Shown: piece by piece, positions 59,501 through 64,000 of the stretch
Numbering within the stretch: the stretch's first letter is position 1
Layout of the letters: every line of letters starts with the position of its first letter
IMG/VR virus record: IMGVR_UViG_3300009158_000001
Span: 1-64,000 of that record
Length of the DNA: 64,000 nt
Reading direction: 5' to 3' (one strand)
DNA from: a virus
Position numbers and translations under genes: made by a program
Notes under the pieces: model-generated
Database searches by the model: none
The model's input: the letters and a program-made list of their open reading frames with translations, nothing else
Told to the model about the DNA's origin: nothing

Positions 59501-62500
59501 AGTAAAACCCGCCGTACCAGCTATTGCAAGTTTAGTACCTATACGTGCAGCTTTAGCCCATCCACTAGCACTAGCCTGTAAAGCACTCGCATTTTTGCGA
59601 TGCCACCAGTACCGACCTAAAAAGCCCTTTTTTGCTGCTTCTTCTGCAGAAGCACGAAGACCTTCTCTAAGGGCAGCTGATTTTTGATAAGCTTTGACTG
59701 CTTTTGCTGCTCGGGCTTCTTTTACTGCTAGGTTTCCAACTTTTTCAAGTGCGGCGGCACCTTTAACAAGTTTTGCAATTTCTGCAGCGCGAGCCGCACT
59801 ATTTGCAGCCTTGGCGACTAGAATCGGAGTTGCAAGTCCAACAGTTGCGGCTTCAAGAGCATAAAGTCCTATGTAGGTAACAGCCTCTTGAAGAAGAAAA
59901 ACTCCAATTGCTTTTCCTGCATCTGATGTCAGAAACCACTTAAAATCTTTTAATGCTTCTCGAATATCGCCATTAATTGTCTTATTAGCATTGTCATTCT
60001 TGATAATTAAAGATATATCATAGAATCTTCGTATTGCTCTTGTGTTCTGAGCCAAAGCCAAAACATTTCTATGTGCCATAAGATATGGATAAAAGGTTCC
60101 TGGAATATGACAACTTTCACCTAATCCCTCAATTTGTACAAGCCCTGCGGCTGCAGCAGCACCTTCAGCTTGTTTGCTATCAGTTTTAGCAAGCCCAGCT
60201 AGTTGCGTAAGCCATGTACCGTAAGCTCTTTGATAGGATCCTGTTCCATCTTTCCAGTTAATAAAAGCAAATGGACGGAGAACCGTATCTGTTAAATCAT
60301 TATTTAACATTGTTCCTGGACGCTCAAGCATCCAATCCCAAGCAGGAGGGGCAACTCTTCCTAGGAATGGATTACTTTCTATAACAAAACTTACATAGTC
60401 AACAGTAGCGTTTGGAATCAATGAGATATAAGCGTGCTCTGGGTAAGACTTATAATAGAACATCATTGAGCTATCCATATAAGCTGCATCTCTTGCTTTT
60501 GTTGGCTGAAGCCAAGGAGCATACAAATTTGTTATTCGCTTATCAGGAATATATGTAATAAAACCCTCATCAGTGAAAATATATCTCTCTCTTAGTTTGA
60601 TTTGGTCAATGTCCTCTTGGGTAACACCATTAACGCCAACTTCAATAGCGGCTAGTTCTGTGTTTGCATCTTGATAATAACTATCTTTTGGAAATAAATT
60701 ATTTACCATGTTTATATGAGCAAGTACCTCTAAGAGATATTTGTTACTGCTTAAATAGACGTCTGTCTGTTTATTTGCAGGAGTTAAATCAACATTTAAA
60801 GTTAAAATGTATTGCTCTTCATTGTCGATTATAGCCTTTTTTCTTTCAATGTAAGGTAATCCTTTTTTCTTTCTTTCTTGTTGGTAGTTCTGCGCAACAA
60901 CAAGAGTTGCTTCATAAGCGTCCTCTTGCTCTTTTGTTCTAGCAGTACCAGGTGGAAAAAGACCGTCTGGATTATAGTCTGATCCTCCTAGGAATTCTTT
61001 AAGGAAAGATTCTTTAATTTCTTGGTTTCCGACTACTGATTCTTTCTTTAATACTTGCTGTTTTATACTAATATCATTTGCAGTCAAACGCATTTCGCAT
61101 GCATATACATTTGGTTGCTCAGGTACAGCTGCCATCTCAATGCCATTTATAACAAAGTAAACATTTCCAAAAGCATTAATAAAATTATTCTCAACTCTTA
61201 AAGAGTAAGCTTCTGGGATATGTTTAAACATTACCCCTTGCTTCCTTAACGTATCTCTTATTACCTCTAACTGTTTAATAGAATTTAAACCAAATCCTTT
61301 CATTGACAAAAGAAAAGTATCATCTTGGCTTCCAAGAAACTGAGCAGTTGGGGCCATAATTCCCTGAACATTCAACATCTTGAAATTATTACTTGAAGTT
61401 GCAGATATAAAATCACAGATTAAAGGATCTTGCATTTGCCTTGACTCTGCATCATTGCCAGAAACAAGTTCAAGAATATGTTCTCTGTAGAATAAATCAA
61501 AATTTGTCAAGTCACCTTCATACAAGTACCAACCGGCTTGCTCCAAAGTCCGGACCTGAAGCCCATAGAATTCCCAAGGATGTAAATCTCTATTCTTCGT
61601 TATTTCTTCTTCATTTGCTGTTAGATACTCATCGTATGATTCGTATGGTTTATCAGTGTTAGAGTTAGTCAGCTTTCTCCAGTTACTATTTGCGCCATTT
61701 TCTAATGCAAACTTAACAGCTGATTTTATAATGCCTTCAGTATTGCCAGGTTTGCCTTTTAAGTTTTTACCTCTTAAATCATTTAGAAGTTCATAGGTAG
61801 CTTCTTCTTCTGGAAGCCCGTGCCTATTTTCTGGCTTTAATTTATAGTATGCATTAATAATATCTTTTGGAGGTTTTGAAGTTGCATTCTTTAGAAGAGG
61901 AGTAATGTCAATGCGGTCATATAAAGATCCATGCCCAGTATCTTCGCCGCCAAGTTCAACATGCAAGTGAGGACTACTTTCATCAACAGCCGTTCCTCCT
62001 AAAAAAGCACCTATCCACTGTCCTGCTTCTAGTACTGCGCCTGGACCAAAATTTTTCGTCCATGTGTCTATAAATGTTTCAAAAATTGGATTTGTACGGC
62101 TAACCCCTTCAGGAGCCATAGCGGCTAAATGCCAAAATCGAATTTTCTTTCCCCTGAAAGGTCCGTCTAATATTTCGCCTATAATGCTATTGCCTTTAGA
62201 GCCACTAAGACCTTTATGATTTTCGTTAGAAAATCTATATACTTCAAATCTATACTTGTACGCATCGAGCTCCCAAGCAATAGCCTGTGTACTATAAATC
62301 ACTCTTTTCCAAGTCTTTTTTCCTCTGATTACAACTTGTTTCTCTGGAGAATAACCTCCATTATAGATTGCAACATCATAAGCTATTTCAGAAAAGCACG
62401 TATTCTCAGTAATACGTATTTTAAAAGGTGTAAAAATTGGAACTGTAACATCTCTATTATTTGCTGGGTACGAAGGCATAATGTCTATGCCTTTATGGAA

Positions 62501-63898
62501 ATAATAACCGTGATCAGCCAAATTACTGCCATCAGGCTTTTTAGCTATAATTTCCTTACCAGTAAATTCTGTTCGATCAGTCGCATCTCTTATCTCAGCA
62601 AACATACTACTATTTATTGGTACAAAATAATCTCCAAAGAAATTAATTTTACCAGCTCCATCTATAGCATCATTGCCTCCAGATGACGACTTCCCAGCCC
62701 CTAATGTTTCGGATTTTTTTAAAGCATCATTCTCTTCTTGAGTCATATTAGATGGAAATAAAACATTTTTAAATAATCTTAATTTAAAATTCTTAAGTCT
62801 AAGTCGAATTCCATTTCTTATACCTTCTGCGACAACCGGATCAACAGTAATATTTTTAAACTCATTCCATCTTAAATAGACCCGATCTCCAAGATTTTGC
62901 TCAGTAGAGTTATAAGGTGAAATTTGAGTACAATCAAAAACTTCTCCATTGCCTATATTTTTTTGTTTATGCCGGGAATAAAGCCAATCTATATAGGCTT
63001 TATATGGCTCCGACTCTCTTGCAAATTGAGTTCTTTCAGGATTAAGCATAAAGTTAATATCTAACTTATGTAAACTTTCTGCCGTTTGATAGGCAGGATC
63101 AACCATATAGACAGCATCGCCTGGAGGTTCATTGCCTGCAAGTAAGGCAGCATTTATACCCGCGATATAAGTTGAATCATCACGTGTGTTCATAAACCAT
63201 CTTTCTAGGTTGTCTAAGACAAATGCTTTCTTGTTTTCTTCTGTTAGATAAGGATTCCTGTTAGGAAGATTAATTTCATTTACATCTTCAAAGCTTTGTC
63301 CACCTTTACTAATCCAATTTTTTTTGTAATGCCAAAAGTCGCTATAACAAGCATAACTCATTGGAGTAAAAGTTAGTGTTCCTAGGATTGTATCTGGTTC
63401 GCCTGGAGAAGTTGTTAAAGCTAGATTGTGCATGCAAAATACCATATTATGGAAAATAGGTATTTTTAACTTTGTTCTTAGGGTTGCATTCTCAATAACA
63501 GAAAACGGGGTATTTTTAAACTGAAGAATAAGATCTAATATTCCGCCGCGTTTCCCGCTATTATTGCCAGAAGTGTGGTCGTCTCTTGAGTCAATATTTC
63601 TAATTGAACTTTTTCCTGGCAAAGTAAAACTAACAGAAAAGATTTCGTTTGCAATACCAACAGGAAGTTTGTCACTATTTCTTGAGCGAACTGACTGAAC
63701 AGTCATATAGTTATTTTCTTCTGTAGAAGAAATTTTCTCAGGAGGAATAATAAATTGTAAATCATTAATAAAAAATGCATGATTAATATGGGAGTACTCA
63801 GTCCCATAATCACTCCAAGTAACTAAATTACCCTTATCATTTTTAAATGATAACTGTAGAATATCAAAATCTTCTAATTTCCAATTGTCATTAGCCAT
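56513..63898 (-). CDS. Giant tail/baseplate protein with M23 peptidase domain and hub N-terminal barrel
   Basis: 2461 aa. M23 motifs HKGID, FWHL, GQWIG, PHLHVE (about 61950-62500). LKIKVCLGFSND...VFLGEITDV...ITAQSYGAEL hub pattern. Ends in a PAPAPAPAP repeat. Confidence 0.75.
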   Translation of the reverse strand: MANDNWKLEDFDILQLSFKNDKGNLVTWSDYGTEYSHINHAFFINDLQFIIPPEKISSTEENNYMTVQSVRSRNSDKLPVGIANEIFSVSFTLPGKSSIRNIDSRDDHTSGNNSGKRGGILDLILQFKNTPFSVIENATLRTKLKIPIFHNMVFCMHNLALTTSPGEPDTILGTLTFTPMSYACYSDFWHYKKNWISKGGQSFEDVNEINLPNRNPYLTEENKKAFVLDNLERWFMNTRDDSTYIAGINAALLAGNEPPGDAVYMVDPAYQTAESLHKLDINFMLNPERTQFARESEPYKAYIDWLYSRHKQKNIGNGEVFDCTQISPYNSTEQNLGDRVYLRWNEFKNITVDPVVAEGIRNGIRLRLKNFKLRLFKNVLFPSNMTQEENDALKKSETLGAGKSSSGGNDAIDGAGKINFFGDYFVPINSSMFAEIRDATDRTEFTGKEIIAKKPDGSNLADHGYYFHKGIDIMPSYPANNRDVTVPIFTPFKIRITENTCFSEIAYDVAIYNGGYSPEKQVVIRGKKTWKRVIYSTQAIAWELDAYKYRFEVYRFSNENHKGLSGSKGNSIIGEILDGPFRGKKIRFWHLAAMAPEGVSRTNPIFETFIDTWTKNFGPGAVLEAGQWIGAFLGGTAVDESSPHLHVELGGEDTGHGSLYDRIDITPLLKNATSKPPKDIINAYYKLKPENRHGLPEEEATYELLNDLRGKNLKGKPGNTEGIIKSAVKFALENGANSNWRKLTNSNTDKPYESYDEYLTANEEEITKNRDLHPWEFYGLQVRTLEQAGWYLYEGDLTNFDLFYREHILELVSGNDAESRQMQDPLICDFISATSSNNFKMLNVQGIMAPTAQFLGSQDDTFLLSMKGFGLNSIKQLEVIRDTLRKQGVMFKHIPEAYSLRVENNFINAFGNVYFVINGIEMAAVPEQPNVYACEMRLTANDISIKQQVLKKESVVGNQEIKESFLKEFLGGSDYNPDGLFPPGTARTKEQEDAYEATLVVAQNYQQERKKKGLPYIERKKAIIDNEEQYILTLNVDLTPANKQTDVYLSSNKYLLEVLAHINMVNNLFPKDSYYQDANTELAAIEVGVNGVTQEDIDQIKLRERYIFTDEGFITYIPDKRITNLYAPWLQPTKARDAAYMDSSMMFYYKSYPEHAYISLIPNATVDYVSFVIESNPFLGRVAPPAWDWMLERPGTMLNNDLTDTVLRPFAFINWKDGTGSYQRAYGTWLTQLAGLAKTDSKQAEGAAAAAGLVQIEGLGESCHIPGTFYPYLMAHRNVLALAQNTRAIRRFYDISLIIKNDNANKTINGDIREALKDFKWFLTSDAGKAIGVFLLQEAVTYIGLYALEAATVGLATPILVAKAANSAARAAEIAKLVKGAAALEKVGNLAVKEARAAKAVKAYQKSAALREGLRASAEEAAKKGFLGRYWWHRKNASALQASASGWAKAARIGTKLAIAGTAGFTSFTSIMERIEAERNTEQHAPFYDYFYVFDQTKQGRRPWGEDILDSRANGKLIYQETFKFEYEKEQEIIDIDNMTLYSVSLSNGYENFLKALDKLPKGGRLSQDKLPSEVTGINGLFTEVESDSFDLDSGTVEQLSTGFFGGVGPAQQSTPLFKKLHVEAGQASLIGQDFIDYIWEALAIPYLNNVLRFSDIQRVVRYTDWFPETKKLLSKVSADLTAPSYDDLELPHHPYWNALGANGLSNKLRGSSFTDPDFYLANPGIDYFGGEEVGPDMSDYVVAVEAVNPDNLPEGTQKPVAGQKVGEALGKGYEGDNRVFVPGVSMSEFRNLFIDVNFEKCLGEMQGLATVETSPRRIFKQRKFQAEGASFTTINNPNITAMSRTEEDENAFTSSRRNVCSEYLSRFNAASSHKMSSDGKTRVPIASAGAVAADGDGVESIASPNVVSWNDLSLMFGDNLDLLSPLAGGLNPKDPIFGNKVLNYSYQQYDSLGTEYYLNMVRSNFLLRQNQEATEDVTAGFKPEKLLRPRAGNLGTDKDGNNLTDATGKNKDDKMPSSDTLAKIDEIRAKIKAGMLVWEPLVFDYTGSSQTSLAAGGAGAYAQTAQFRTPMKIKVANALKSINRPKLAARRAFPVVKVFFFEEDEIFSKQWLSFDEVFSYSKIESLNISDSRKRPAAICTITFSDVNGLLSGFNQFNKASSSAQPSVDEASLFGQEDRNPITADTVLEQNEYNFSIAPGLKIKVCLGFSNDSNKLEEVFLGEITDVQMEGMSSRMSITAQSYGAELVAQIKGAKSEWGSASEPLSFDTTFSTLASLMFSSEVVHFGKRRLDDIVMFGEDQSLEKHMQQYKETVNLGALYNSGRKGGSVGWIGRMSDSTMADSAGWNATGGMTAAARQKGISPLEGPQDDNIFAPNPNASQIMMWSDSAGRWVSGVFGNVQVTDDAAYFKSAAVYDNEYIPGVVFDEFAATSAAQAQLEQQVVMPPAPAPAPAPAPAPGTP
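56521..56567 (-). repeat. Hexanucleotide repeat encoding a Pro-Ala tail
   Basis: (GCAGGW)n on the + strand = PAPAPAPAPAPAP. Confidence 0.85.
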
Positions 63899-63999
63899 TA
63901 TAGTTTCCGCTCCATGTCAGAAGGTACACTGTATGTAGTGTTTATGTTTAGTCCAATACTTGAACCCGGAATTGCTTGGCGTAAAGACCTAGCATATTC
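63898..63999 (-). CDS. 3' end of upstream gene (partial; possibly tape measure by position)
   Basis: Open frame ...EYARSLRQAIPGSSIGLNINTTYSVPSDMERKL*, whose TAA overlaps the ATG of the 2461 aa gene. Confidence 0.55.
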   Translation of the reverse strand, partial: EYARSLRQAIPGSSIGLNINTTYSVPSDMERKL

Positions 64000-64000
64000 T

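Noticed and set aside
62216-62686. 156 aa + strand ORF and other short antisense ORFs within the structural block
   Set aside because: They lie fully inside long - strand genes, with no SD or motif support.

Overview
A 64 kb piece of a large, AT-rich, contractile-tail (myovirus/jumbo-type) phage genome. It uses the standard genetic code and has two convergent blocks. The + strand block (1-25.2 kb) covers replication, recombination and nucleotide metabolism: a partial SpoVG/SSB-like gene, class II B12 ribonucleotide reductase, RecA, a MoxR-type AAA + VWA/metallopeptidase pair, PhoH, a DnaE-type polymerase split over two genes, a metallophosphoesterase, tRNA-Asn, a Cas4-like nuclease, a sigma70-family factor, a primase-helicase fusion, dUTPase, a C5 DNA methyltransferase and RusA. 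It ends with a MYXO-CTERM-type surface protein and two paralogous genes with matching terminators. The - strand block (25.3-64 kb) holds baseplate and tail genes (giant hub protein with an M23 peptidase, gp25-like, baseplate J-like, putative wedge proteins, beta-helix tail spikes) and ends in a CHAP endolysin/holin cassette. Four observations stand out. (1) DnaE is split through the palm without an intein, with a small coupled ORF between the halves and a degenerate duplicated segment on the second half. (2) The phage encodes a Cys-rich protein with a myxobacterial-type sorting signal, which points to a Myxococcota-like host. (3) The baseplate hub fold also appears to be split over two genes. 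(4) One ~85-100 aa module recurs four times in three adjacent virion proteins. All assignments come from reading motifs by eye; no database searches were run.
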